Source: Alphaproteobacteria bacterium
GTDB lineage: Bacteria; Pseudomonadota; Alphaproteobacteria; MPNO01
Direction: 5' to 3'
Length of the DNA stretch: 64,000 nucleotides
NCBI GenBank assembly: GCA_964291675.2
Contig: OZ219865.1
Location: 672,001 to 736,000, forward strand
Each line of letters opens with the position of its first letter. Position 1 is the first letter of the stretch. Under the pieces are notes generated by a model that was not told the DNA's origin, searched no databases, and was given only the letters and a program-made list of their open reading frames with translations. A program made the position numbers and the translations under genes. Shown one piece after another: positions 1 to 8,862 of this stretch.

Positions 1-1
1 G

Positions 2-253
2 CTGTTCATCCTCGCCGCGCTCGGCACGTGCGGGCATCTCTGCCTCAACCAGGCGCTCAAGGAGGGCGACACCAGCCTGGTCTCGCCGGTCGACTACGTC
101 CGGCTGGTCTGGGCGGCGCTGATCGGCTATCTCGCATTCGGCGAGGTGCCGGACGCGATGACCTGGATCGGCGGCCTCATGATCTGCGCCGGCGCCTGCT
201 TCGTCGCCTGGCACGAGGGGCGGCGCAAACCCGGGACGAGGGAGGCGGCGTGA
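2..253 (+). CDS. DMT/EamA family transporter, 3' part (truncated by window edge)
   Basis: Read manually in frame 2: hydrophobic LFILAALGTCGHLCLNQALKEGDTSLVSPVDYVRLVWAALIGYLAFGEVPD..., typical EamA C-terminal repeat; TGA overlaps next ATG. Confidence 0.85.
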   Translation: MFILAALGTCGHLCLNQALKEGDTSLVSPVDYVRLVWAALIGYLAFGEVPDAMTWIGGLMICAGACFVAWHEGRRKPGTREAA

Positions 254-1128
254 TGGAGAGGTTCGCGATCGGCGACGTGGAGGTCGCCAGCATCGTCGAG
301 CGCGACGGCCCCTGGCGCAACCCGCTGGTCATGTATCCGGGCGCCGGGCGGGAGCAGGTGGACGAGCATCTGCGCGGCCTGCCGGGCTTCGTCTACGACG
401 CCGCGCAGGACCTGCTGGTCATCACCTACCAGACCTTCGTGCTCAGATCGCCCCGCCACACCGTGCTGATCGACACCTGCGTCGGCGCCGACAAGCCCAA
501 CCGGGGCGCCTGGCTCGACTACCCCAAGCAGCCCTGGCTCGACGGCTTCGCCGCCCTCGGCCTCCGCTTCGAGGACATCGACTACGTGTTCTGCACCCAT
601 CTCCATGTCGATCACTGCGGCTGGAACACCCGGCTGGTCGACGGGCGCTGGGTGCCGACCTTCCCGCGCGCCAGATACGTGTTCGGCAGGCGGGAGTACG
701 AGTTCTGGGCCGCCGAGACCGAAAAGGGCGCCGACCCGCCGGGCGACATCTGGCGCGATTCCTGCCTGCCGGTGGTCGAGGCCGGCCAGGCGCTGCTGGT
801 CGACGACGACTACGCGCTCGACGATTCGATCTGGCTCACCCCGACGCCGGGCCACACGCCGGGCCATGTCTGCGTGAACCTGCGCTCGAACGGCATGCGC
901 GCGGTGTTCACCGGCGATCTGATGCACCACGCCTTGCAATGCCGCGAGCCCGACTGGCATTCCTGCTTCTGCTGGGACACCGCGATGTCGAACCGCTCGC
1001 GGCGGACGATCCTCGAATCGGTCGCCGACACCGACACGCTGGTCGTGCCCTGCCACTTTCCCGGCACCACCGCGGGGCGGGTGGTTTCCGACGGCGAGCG
1101 TTTCGACTACCGTTTTCGCGGCGCCTGA
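253..1128 (+). CDS. MBL-fold metallo-hydrolase
   Basis: THLHVDHCG, GHTPGH, FTGD motifs; start moved to ATG 253 (TGATG coupling). Confidence 0.92.
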   Translation: MERFAIGDVEVASIVERDGPWRNPLVMYPGAGREQVDEHLRGLPGFVYDAAQDLLVITYQTFVLRSPRHTVLIDTCVGADKPNRGAWLDYPKQPWLDGFAALGLRFEDIDYVFCTHLHVDHCGWNTRLVDGRWVPTFPRARYVFGRREYEFWAAETEKGADPPGDIWRDSCLPVVEAGQALLVDDDYALDDSIWLTPTPGHTPGHVCVNLRSNGMRAVFTGDLMHHALQCREPDWHSCFCWDTAMSNRSRRTILESVADTDTLVVPCHFPGTTAGRVVSDGERFDYRFRGA

Positions 1129-1158
1129 GACCGAACGCCGCCCACAGGGAGACGAGAG

Positions 1159-2154
1159 ATGAGGAAGACCATCGTGATCGCCGCGGCCGCGTCCCTCGCC
1201 GCGACGGCGGCGAGCGCCAAGACATACGACATGAAATGCGGCTTCGTGACGGTCAACGACTCGCAGCACCGCTCGGCCGAGATTTTCAGGGACAAGGTCG
1301 CCGAGAAGACCGGCGGCGAGGTCGACGTGCGCATCTTCCCGCTCGCCCAGCTCGGCACCATCCCGCGCCAGGTCGAGGGCATCCAGCTCGGCACCCAGGA
1401 ATGCTTCATCTCGCCGCCCGGCTTCTTCGTCGGCCTCAACCAGGCGTTTCAGGCGCCCGACGCCCCCGCTTTGTTCGACTCCCAGATGCACCAGCACCGC
1501 ACGCTCAACCACCCGACGGTGCGCGAGAAATTCCTCGCGCTCGCCTCGCATGCCGGCATCGTCGGCAACTACACCTGGTCGGCCGGCGCGACGGCGGTGG
1601 CCTCCAGGCGGCCGATCGAGACGCTCGACGACTTCAAGGGCCGCAAGATCCGGGTGCTCGCCACCAAGATGGAGATCGCGACGCTCAAGACCGTCGGCGC
1701 CGCCGGCATCCCGATGCCCTATTCCGAGGTCCTGCCGGCGCTCCAGCGCAAGGGGATCGACGGGGTCAGGAGCGGCATCATCGTCATGGGGCCGTCCAAG
1801 TTCTACACCGTCGCCAAATACATCTACAACGAGAAGTCGGCCTTCATCCCGAGCGGCATGTGGCTCAACCGCAAATGGCTCGACGGCCTGCCGGCCCAGC
1901 ACCGCGCGGCGATCTTCGACATCGGCAAGGAGATGGGCGACATCACCGGCAAGATCGCCATCGAGATCACCGCCAAGTGGGAGAAGCTCTGGGTCGAGAA
2001 GGGCGGCACGGTCACAGAGCCCACCGCCGCCGACCGCGAAGAGCTGTTCCGCCGCACCCGCCCGCTCGGCGACGAGTTTTTGGGCAAGAACCCCAAGATC
2101 GCGCCGATGTACAACCTCATCAAGGCAGCCGCCGAGGCGACGCGGGGGCAGTAG
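1159..2154 (+). CDS. TRAP transporter substrate-binding protein (DctP family)
   Basis: Signal peptide; FPLAQLG, DDFKGRKIRV, PMPYSEVLPALQ motifs. Confidence 0.92.
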   Translation: MRKTIVIAAAASLAATAASAKTYDMKCGFVTVNDSQHRSAEIFRDKVAEKTGGEVDVRIFPLAQLGTIPRQVEGIQLGTQECFISPPGFFVGLNQAFQAPDAPALFDSQMHQHRTLNHPTVREKFLALASHAGIVGNYTWSAGATAVASRRPIETLDDFKGRKIRVLATKMEIATLKTVGAAGIPMPYSEVLPALQRKGIDGVRSGIIVMGPSKFYTVAKYIYNEKSAFIPSGMWLNRKWLDGLPAQHRAAIFDIGKEMGDITGKIAIEITAKWEKLWVEKGGTVTEPTAADREELFRRTRPLGDEFLGKNPKIAPMYNLIKAAAEATRGQ

Positions 2155-2160
2155 GGCGGG
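1901..2160 (+). repeat. 260-bp direct repeat, copy 1 (3' end of dctP-like gene)
   Basis: Aligns to 2570-2829 at offset 669 with about 7 substitutions. Confidence 0.95.
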
Positions 2161-2219
2161 GCTATCCGCCGTTCCGATCCTGCCGTTTTCGATACTGAGG
2201 TGTAGCGGCGTTCCTGGGT

Positions 2220-2459
2220 CTACAGACCGGGCAAGAGCTTAACGGCGGCGACGATCACACCCGCGGTCCCGACCATGCGCCAAGTGAGGCGCGTTTCCGA
2301 CGCGGCGATCTCCGACTTGAGATCGGTCTTGGTCGCCAAGTCGGACCGGTTGGCCTCGGCGGCCTCGCTTGCCGCTTCGGCAACCGCTTCGGCCTGTCGT
2401 CGGTCCATGCCCGCCTCTTCCAGGCGGCGGGCGACGGCGAGGGTATTGAGCGCGGTCAT
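2220..2459 (-). CDS. DUF1640/CCDC90-like small coiled-coil protein with C-terminal TM
   Basis: MTALNTLAVARRLEEAGMDRRQAEAVAEA...DLATKTDL...RLTWRMVG pattern. Confidence 0.8.
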   Translation of the reverse strand: MTALNTLAVARRLEEAGMDRRQAEAVAEAASEAAEANRSDLATKTDLKSEIAASETRLTWRMVGTAGVIVAAVKLLPGL

Positions 2460-2569
2460 GGTCACCCTCGGTGGCGTTGGCCGCGGAGCTGACGACGACA
2501 GGGCCGAGCGCCTACCCAAGCGAACGTGGCACGGTTACGCTCATTTCGCAACACGGGACCCCAGAACGA

Positions 2570-2829
2570 ACCGCGCGGCAGTCTTCGACATCGGCAGGGA
2601 GATGGGCGACATCACCGGCAAGATCGCCATCGAGATCACCGCCAAGTGGGAGAAGCTCTGGGTCGAGAAGGGCGGCACGGTCACCGAGCCCACCGCCGCC
2701 GACCGCGAAGAGCTGTTCCGCCGCACCCGCCCCCTCGGCGACGAGTTTTTGGGCAAGAACCCCAAGATCGCGCCGATGTACAACCTCATCAAGGCAGCCG
2801 CCGAGGCGACACGGGGGAAGTAGGGCGGG
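2570..2829 (+). pseudogene. 260-bp direct repeat, copy 2: orphan 3' fragment of the dctP-like gene
   Basis: Encodes the last ~84 codons of the upstream DctP without its 5' part. Confidence 0.9.
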
Positions 2830-2846
2830 ATCGCGCGGCGTCCCTC

Positions 2847-2943
2847 GTCGTTTCGACCGAGCGGAGTGTGCGGAGAAACCTCCTGCACGCGGCGGGGAGA
2901 TTTCTCCGCTCCGCCTCCGCCCGGTCGGCTCCGGTTGAAATCA
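2847..2943. repeat. REP-like inverted doublet
   Basis: GTCGTTTCGACCG...CGGAGAAACCTC paired with GAGATTTCTCCG...CCGGTTGAAAT; a related half element lies near 5560-5592. Confidence 0.6.
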
Positions 2944-2971
2944 GGTGGCCCTGGCAAATCGCACAATTCGA

Positions 2972-3010
2972 TAAGGTGCATTCCTCCGTCGGACGGTGGA
3001 ATACACCTTA
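2972..3010. repeat. Palindromic hairpin (REP-like or terminator)
   Basis: TAAGGTGCATTCCTCCGTC-G-GACGGTGGAATACACCTTA, 19-bp arms with 2 mismatches. Confidence 0.7.
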
Positions 3011-3080
3011 ACCGAGCCGCCAACCCGTCCGAATAGGCGAAGCCACCTCACCGAGCCGCCAAGACCGCGAGAGCCATCAA

Positions 3081-3713
3081 TCAACCGCATCCGAGAGGTT
3101 CGGGCCAGTAGTAGTGCACCGGCCCAAGGCAGTAACTGAACGGGTCCTGCTCCAAGGAATGGCGTTGCTCGGCCAGGTCGGTCGTCCAGCACCCGCTGAA
3201 GCCCTCCCTGGCACTCACGGCGCAGATCGCCGCATCTCGCTCGTGTTCGTTCCTTCCATTTGCGCTGATGCAGAACCGCTCAGCGAAGCACCGAAACATG
3301 GATTCGTGATCGCCGCTGAGATCGAGTTCAAGTGTGCGCGCATGTAGCACGACCTTCGGGTGCGCTTCAGTGATCTTCGTGTCAGGAAACTCTTCTCGAA
3401 TCTTGTAAGCCAGCATCGCACCGCCTATGAGCGCGGCTCCTTGGAGTGAATTGATGGCCAGCACTCGGCGTGACGCAGCGAGATATTTGTCGCGCAACCT
3501 GCAATCCGCCTTGCGCCAGCCGCCTGCGCTCGTTGACCACCACATCGGCGCGTCGATGCCCAAGCCGAGCGGCTTGCCCCTGCTAAGGATTCGATCAACA
3601 GCTTCCTCTGCGGAAGAAACCGTCTCGCACTTCAACTCGCCGGATTTCGTGAGGAAAGCGAGACCGAATTTCTTTATCCCGCCGGGATCGGCGCCTACCC
3701 AAAATTCACTCAT
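3081..3713 (-). CDS. DUF429-like predicted nuclease (RNase H-like fold)
   Basis: VGADPGG, LGIDAP, EAHP, ERDAAICA motifs; more AT-rich codon usage than neighbours. Confidence 0.75.
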   Translation of the reverse strand: MSEFWVGADPGGIKKFGLAFLTKSGELKCETVSSAEEAVDRILSRGKPLGLGIDAPMWWSTSAGGWRKADCRLRDKYLAASRRVLAINSLQGAALIGGAMLAYKIREEFPDTKITEAHPKVVLHARTLELDLSGDHESMFRCFAERFCISANGRNEHERDAAICAVSAREGFSGCWTTDLAEQRHSLEQDPFSYCLGPVHYYWPEPLGCG

Positions 3714-3787
3714 CGACTTCTCCGATCGACTTGCTGACATAGCTCTACTCGCCACTACCCATGATGACGCTAACCCCTCGAAAAAAC

Positions 3788-3864
3788 TGGCGCGCCCGGC
3801 AGGATTCGAACCTGCGACCTGCGGATTAGAAGTCCGCTGCTCTATCCGGCTGAGCTACGGGCGC
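3788..3864 (-). tRNA. tRNA-Arg(TCT)
   Basis: GCGCCCG acceptor stem, CTTCTAA anticodon loop, GGTTCGAATCC T-arm, encoded CCA. Confidence 0.97.
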
Positions 3865-3938
3865 GCGGATTGGCGGTGGCCGCGCCTTGTCTTACAACAG
3901 GGGGGCGCATTTGACACCCCTGTTCGCGGAGCCCCGGC

Positions 3939-5024
3939 ATGCCCGACCTCTCGGCGTTCTCCCCCGACTACTGGACCGCGCGCCAAAAGTTCCGCGAGGC
4001 CGCGCGGGCGGCGGGGGCGGCGCTCGTGGATCACGTCAACCCGGCCGCCCCGCCTTCCGGGCATGACGGGAAGCTGACGACCGATGTCGCGGTGCTCGGT
4101 CCCGCCGATGCCGGGCTTGTGCTGCTGGTCAATGCCGGCACGCACGGGGTCGAGGCCTTCGCCGGCTCGGCGATCGAGATCGCCCTGCTCGCGCGCCGGC
4201 CCGCGCTGCCCGACGATACCCGGGTCGTGCTGGTGCATGCCATCAACCCGCACGGCTTCGCCTGGCTGCGCCGGGTGACCGAGAACAATGTCGACCTCAA
4301 CCGCAACTTCCTCGATCACGGCGGGCCGCACCCGGCGAACGAGGCCTATGGCAAGATCCACAAGCTGCTCTGCCCGGAGCGCTGGGACGAGCCGACCCTC
4401 GCCGAGATGGGGCGGACGATCGATTCCTATATCGAGAAGCACGGCGCGTTCGCGCTGCAGGCCGTGGTGACGCGCGGCCAGTACGACCACGCGGACGGGC
4501 TGTTCTACGGCGGCCGGCGGCCGGCATGGTCGAACGCGACCTTCCGCGCCATCCTGGATGCGCACGTGGCCGGGGCGCGCAGGGTCGCCTTCATCGACCT
4601 GCATACCGGGCTCGGCGGCTATGGCGATGCCGAGCTGATCGGCGGCGGGGCTCCGTCGACGCCGGGCGGGCGGCGGATGCGCGACTGGTACGGCGACATC
4701 GTCACTTCGCCCGCTTCCGGCACCTCGTCCTCGGCGCCGCTGACGGGCGTGATCGCCCGCGCGGTGCGCGAGGCGGCGGGCGGCGCCGAGGTGATCAGCG
4801 CCACCCTCGAATTCGGCACCTACCCGGTGCGCGAGGTCCTGCACGCGCTGCAGGCGGATAACTGGCTGCATGTCCACGGCGAGGTGGACAGCCCGCTCGG
4901 CCGCGAGATCAAGGCGGATATCAGGAAGCGGCTGTTCCCGGACGAGGATTCGTGGAAGGAACGCGTGCTGGACCAGGGGGTGCGCATCGTGAACCGGGCG
5001 CTTGAGGGGCTCGCCGGCGGCTGA
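3939..5024 (+). CDS. M14-like metallopeptidase/deacylase (DUF2817-like)
   Basis: GTHGVE, INPHG, NVDLNRNF, IDLHTG, LEFGT motifs. Confidence 0.85.
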   Translation: MPDLSAFSPDYWTARQKFREAARAAGAALVDHVNPAAPPSGHDGKLTTDVAVLGPADAGLVLLVNAGTHGVEAFAGSAIEIALLARRPALPDDTRVVLVHAINPHGFAWLRRVTENNVDLNRNFLDHGGPHPANEAYGKIHKLLCPERWDEPTLAEMGRTIDSYIEKHGAFALQAVVTRGQYDHADGLFYGGRRPAWSNATFRAILDAHVAGARRVAFIDLHTGLGGYGDAELIGGGAPSTPGGRRMRDWYGDIVTSPASGTSSSAPLTGVIARAVREAAGGAEVISATLEFGTYPVREVLHALQADNWLHVHGEVDSPLGREIKADIRKRLFPDEDSWKERVLDQGVRIVNRALEGLAGG

Positions 5025-5027
5025 GCC

Positions 5028-5336
5028 TCAATGGGTCCAGTTGCCCTCGCGGCCGAAGCGGAAATTGTCGGCATAGCTCTTGGGCCGCAGCCGGCGCTCG
5101 CGCGCGGGCTCCACCGCGTAGCTCAGGCCGTTGCGCCGGGCATAGGCGACGGCGTCGTCCTCGCTGTCGAATTCGAGCCGCACCTGCCGGCGGGTGTCGC
5201 CGCGCCCGGCCCAGCCCATCAGCGAATCGCGGCGCTGCGCGAGCGCGGTCGGGAACTCCAGCACCCATTTCGCCGAGCGCGCGCGGCCCGACTGGGTCGC
5301 GGTCTTGGCCGGGCGGTAGATCTTCACGTCGCTCAT
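5028..5336 (-). CDS. ETC complex I subunit (NDUFS4-like)
   Basis: IYRPAKTATQSG...W.LEF...LMGW...Q..L.F...SYADNF. Confidence 0.92.
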   Translation of the reverse strand: MSDVKIYRPAKTATQSGRARSAKWVLEFPTALAQRRDSLMGWAGRGDTRRQVRLEFDSEDDAVAYARRNGLSYAVEPARERRLRPKSYADNFRFGREGNWTH

Positions 5337-5361
5337 CGTCTGCCCCGAAGCCCTAGGGCGC

Positions 5362-5438
5362 TGGTCGGGGCGGCAGGATTCGAACCTGCGACCCCCTGCT
5401 CCCAAAGCAGGTGCGCTACCAGGCTGCGCCACGCCCCG
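5362..5438 (-). tRNA. tRNA-Pro(TGG)
   Basis: CGGGGCG acceptor stem, TTTGGGA anticodon loop, T-arm, encoded CCA. Confidence 0.97.
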
Positions 5439-5604
5439 CCGGAGCTATGTAGGGCGAATTGGGGGAGAGCGCAACATGGAGGGCGGCCCACCCCCATCGC
5501 CATGCCTCCAGACGCATCGCCGTGCGTGCGGAGGGGCCATGACGCGGAGGGGCGCCGGGAGCGGGATCTCTCCGCTGCGCGCCGGTCGAATTCCGGGATG
5601 TGGC

Positions 5605-6561
5605 TCAGGCCAGGGCGGCGCGGATGTAGGCGGCCGACTCCTTCGCCGCGTCGACGGCGAGGTCGATCCCGCCCAGCATGAACATGAAGCCGTGGATGGT
5701 GGTCTCCAGCACGCGGTAGGTCGCGGGCACGCCGGCGGCGGCAAGCGCGTCGACGAAGGCCGCGTTGTCGTCGCGGCGGGGATCGAACCCGGCGGTCATC
5801 AGAAAGGTCGGCGGCAGGATGGAGAAATCGGCCATCCTCATCGGCGCGACCAGCGGGTCGGCGAGGTCGGACGGGGCGTTGAGGTAATGCCCCATCGACC
5901 ACTTCATCAGCCCCGAATTGAGGAAATAGCCCTCCGACAGGGTGCGCATCGACTCGGTCTCGGGCCCGCCGGCGGTCCCCGGATACCACAGGAACTGGTG
6001 CGCGATCCTGGGCCCGCCGCGGCGCTGGGCGAGCTGGCAGACCCCGATGGCGAGCGTGCCGCCGGACGAATCGCCGGCGACGGCGATGCGCGCCGGATCG
6101 GCGCCGATCTCCCCCGCATGGGCGGCCGCCCAGGAAGCGGCGGCGTAAGCATCCTCGTGCGCGGCGGGGAATCTGTGCTCCGGCGCGCGCCGGTAGGCGA
6201 CCGAGAGGACCAGGCAGCCGGCGCCTTCGGCGATCAGCCGGCAGAAGCTGTCATGCGTCTCGATGCCGCCGAAGACGTAGCCGCCGGCATGGAAGAAGAC
6301 GACCAGCGGCAGCGCGCCGCCCGCCCCCGAGGGCCGGTATCGCCGCGCCGCGAGGGTCTGCCCGGCTTCGGGCCCCGGGATCTTCAGGTCGTCGGCCGCG
6401 CCGATCGGGGGTTTCGGGTCGAGGTCCCATTTGCGCACGAAATCCTCGATATGCCGCCTCGCTTCGGCGGGCGACATGTCGGCCACCTGGGCGACGCCGG
6501 GCCCGTCGAGGTCGGCCAGCACACGCGCGGTCCGGGGGTCGGGCTCGCGTCCTGCCGCCAT
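5605..6561 (-). CDS. Alpha/beta hydrolase, HSL-family esterase
   Basis: HAGG oxyanion motif, GDSSGG nucleophile, YRRAPEHRFP, IHGF. Confidence 0.92.
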   Translation of the reverse strand: MAAGREPDPRTARVLADLDGPGVAQVADMSPAEARRHIEDFVRKWDLDPKPPIGAADDLKIPGPEAGQTLAARRYRPSGAGGALPLVVFFHAGGYVFGGIETHDSFCRLIAEGAGCLVLSVAYRRAPEHRFPAAHEDAYAAASWAAAHAGEIGADPARIAVAGDSSGGTLAIGVCQLAQRRGGPRIAHQFLWYPGTAGGPETESMRTLSEGYFLNSGLMKWSMGHYLNAPSDLADPLVAPMRMADFSILPPTFLMTAGFDPRRDDNAAFVDALAAAGVPATYRVLETTIHGFMFMLGGIDLAVDAAKESAAYIRAALA

Positions 6562-6564
6562 CGC

Positions 6565-7170
6565 CTATCCGCCGCGCGCCCGGGAGAGCGGCTTGGCCCC
6601 CCGGAAGCCCAGCCTGGGCCCTTGCCGGTCGGGGCGGTGGAGCGCGTCCACGCGCTGCATCGAGGCCCAGGCCCGGTCGCGTGCGGCATAGTAGTCGGCG
6701 TTGGCGTCGATCATCCATCCGGCCTCTTCGGCGTCGATCCCGCGCAGCACCCGGGCCGGAACGCCGGCGGCGATGGTCCGTTCCGGGACCTCGAACTCGG
6801 CGCGGACGAAGGCGAGCGCAGCCACGATCGCCTGGGCGCCGACCACCGCCCCGTCCATCACCACCGCGTTCATGCCGATCAGCGCCCGGTCGCCCACCGA
6901 GCAGCCGTGCAGCACCGCGCCATGGCCGACCGAGACATCGGCGCCCACCACCGTCTCTCCGCCGGCGAAGCAGTGGACCGTGCAGTTGTCCTGGATGTTG
7001 GAGCCCTCGCCCAGCCGGATCTGGCCGAAATCGCCCCGGAGACTCGCCGAGGGCGCGATATAGCAGCCCGGCCCGACGATCACGTCGCCGATCAGGACCG
7101 CCGTCTCATGGACATAGGCCGTGGGGTGGACGACGGGGATCACCCCGTCGATGGCATAGACCCTGGGCAT
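6565..7170 (-). CDS. paaY: PaaY/CaiE-like gamma-carbonic anhydrase family protein
   Basis: Hexapeptide repeats, ASLRGDFG, NIQDNCTVH, GHGAVLHGC. Confidence 0.8.
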   Translation of the reverse strand: MPRVYAIDGVIPVVHPTAYVHETAVLIGDVIVGPGCYIAPSASLRGDFGQIRLGEGSNIQDNCTVHCFAGGETVVGADVSVGHGAVLHGCSVGDRALIGMNAVVMDGAVVGAQAIVAALAFVRAEFEVPERTIAAGVPARVLRGIDAEEAGWMIDANADYYAARDRAWASMQRVDALHRPDRQGPRLGFRGAKPLSRARGG

Positions 7171-7208
7171 TCAGACGTGTTGATGCAACGGGTACAAACG
7201 TGGGTACA
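7171..7208. other. att junction (paaY side): 9-bp core plus arm-type sites
   Basis: TCAGACGTG (displaced iscA end CAC GTC TGA) then GGGTACA at 7190 and 7202 (12-bp period). Confidence 0.8.
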
Positions 7209-7402
7209 TCAGCAATTCCGCGAGTTGGGCATTCAGCTATTCGGCGCCAAAGGCACGCGAGCATTCAGGGTTTTGGAGCGTCTTCCGAGCGCAGCAAAGC
7301 ACAGTGCCGATCACGCCGCAACCGAGCCCGAGCCGGGCCGCCTGGTGTCCTGATGCGGACCCGCCGAGCCGCCGGGGCGATAGGCATTTTGAACGCGCGG
7401 CA

Positions 7403-7888
7403 TCAGCGGGCAGCGGTGGGCGCTCGATATCGACAATCGAGCAAGTCACAACATCCCGACGCCAGTTTTTCGACGCCACTCGGCGGCATTGTCCAGCCTG
7501 TCATCCCGCGTAGCGCGATTTCGGCGGTTCGGTATATCGCCCGTCGCGGACACTCTTCGGCCTTCACCCCATCGACGGGCAGCGCGGGCTTGTGGCTGGG
7601 TGTCGTCCCTCCGCCGCGCGGTGCTGACGGCGTGCCGACGTTCGGATCGAAAAGCGCGTAGCCCGTCGCGAACGTGTAGCCGCGCCAGATGTTGACGTGA
7701 AGGACGCCGCACCATCGCGGCTCGCCCGCGTCCGCCTTCGGCACGCATCGTATCGACTTCAACACGCCGCGCCTGGCCGCCTGGTGGGCCGGAGTCTCGT
7801 CGCGCGCGATCCTATAGTCCGCGCCGAAGAACTCGCGAAGTTCCAGCCGTGCCGCTTCGGCTGCCCGTTCCAATCGCGCGTTGGCCAT
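7403..7888 (-). CDS. Hypothetical protein (satellite)
   Basis: ATG preceded by AAGGACTGAGGA RBS; no recognisable motif; 3' half less certain. Confidence 0.5.
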   Translation of the reverse strand: MANARLERAAEAARLELREFFGADYRIARDETPAHQAARRGVLKSIRCVPKADAGEPRWCGVLHVNIWRGYTFATGYALFDPNVGTPSAPRGGGTTPSHKPALPVDGVKAEECPRRAIYRTAEIALRGMTGWTMPPSGVEKLASGCCDLLDCRYRAPTAAR

Positions 7889-8142
7889 CGTCCTCAGTCC
7901 TTTGCGTTGTGTCCGAGCGTTGCTGTCGAGATCGTCGCGCGGGGCGCGCTTTTCAAATGCAAATTCGCAGCGTGTTGCAGCGCCAATTGTTGATGCGATG
8001 AATTGTTGATCAGTCACCCAACCCGGGCCTCTTTCCGAGGCTCGCAGAAAAAATTGCACTGGGCCATGCGATGCTGGAACCGCGGCCGAGGCGGCGCGGG
8101 TCCCCTTTCCGGCTGCGGCGCCGGGCTCGCGCGCGTCGGCCA

Positions 8143-8206
8143 GCGGAGATCGCGATGGGCGGAGATCGCGATGGGCGGAGATCGAGCCGAGCGGAGAACG
8201 AATGAG
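8143..8206. repeat. Four 16-bp-period tandem repeats GCGGAGA(T/A)CG, candidate iterons
   Basis: Units start at 8143, 8159, 8175, 8191; adjacent AT-rich tract ~8220-8320. Confidence 0.7.
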
Positions 8207-8317
8207 ACGCCGCGCCGATCTCTCTTTCATTGGGGGTACTCACTACTACCTCCTATACCAATACCCACTTTCATTGAAAGTATAGATAGACCCTCTCATT
8301 CTCTCGCGACAAGACTA

Positions 8318-8848
8318 TCAGCGCAGCGGCCACGGCTCCGCGGCAAAGCCCACACTGGCCGGGACGCGCGTATACCATTCGCCCCATGCATCGGCCGCGC
8401 GCTCTTTGGCGACTGGTTCGGGCGGCTCGATGCCGTGAAGCGCAACGACTTGCGCGGCGATGCGCTGCCCGTCGATGTCGGTCACGCCGCCAACGCCCTT
8501 CGCGATATCCGCGAGCTGGACGAATTCGCCCGCCAGATTTCGCAACATGCCGTCCGCTTGCCGCGCATGTCGGCGCCAAGCGTCATCTACAGCCCAGGGA
8601 TTGACCGTTTCATCGCGCGCGCCGTCCGGGCGCATCGCGACAATGCCATCGGCGAACATGCGCAACAGGACGCGCCGCACTTCTCTATGGTCGCGCTCGC
8701 CCGTCGTTTCGACGATCCACGGCGTAGCAACGCCAACGTCCGGTGCTTCCGCGCTCGCAAGCGCCAACGCTACGCCCGTTCGCACTCGGCCTGTTCGTGC
8801 TATTGGATCGGCGACAATCGGCCGCCATAGTGTCGCGCGTCGCGCCAT
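8318..8848 (-). CDS. Hypothetical protein (satellite)
   Basis: ATG with GAGGGGAG RBS just downstream of the previous gene; protein-like composition. Confidence 0.6.
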   Translation of the reverse strand: MARRATLWRPIVADPIARTGRVRTGVALALASAEAPDVGVATPWIVETTGERDHREVRRVLLRMFADGIVAMRPDGARDETVNPWAVDDAWRRHARQADGMLRNLAGEFVQLADIAKGVGGVTDIDGQRIAAQVVALHGIEPPEPVAKERAADAWGEWYTRVPASVGFAAEPWPLR

Positions 8849-8862
8849 AGCCGGTCTCCCCC

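Noticed and set aside
1901-2829. DGR template/variable repeat pair
   Set aside because: Mismatches are not confined to adenines of one copy (G/C, G/A, C/A, A/G all occur) and no reverse transcriptase is in the window
2944-2962. Degenerate duplicate of the tRNA-Arg 3' end (att site)
   Set aside because: Only TGGC..C.GGCA similarity; too weak to call
7237-7479. 80-aa ORF at the satellite end as cargo gene
   Set aside because: Overlaps 7403-7888, no clear RBS or motif
8143-8206. CRISPR array
   Set aside because: 16-bp tandem units with no unique spacers and no cas genes
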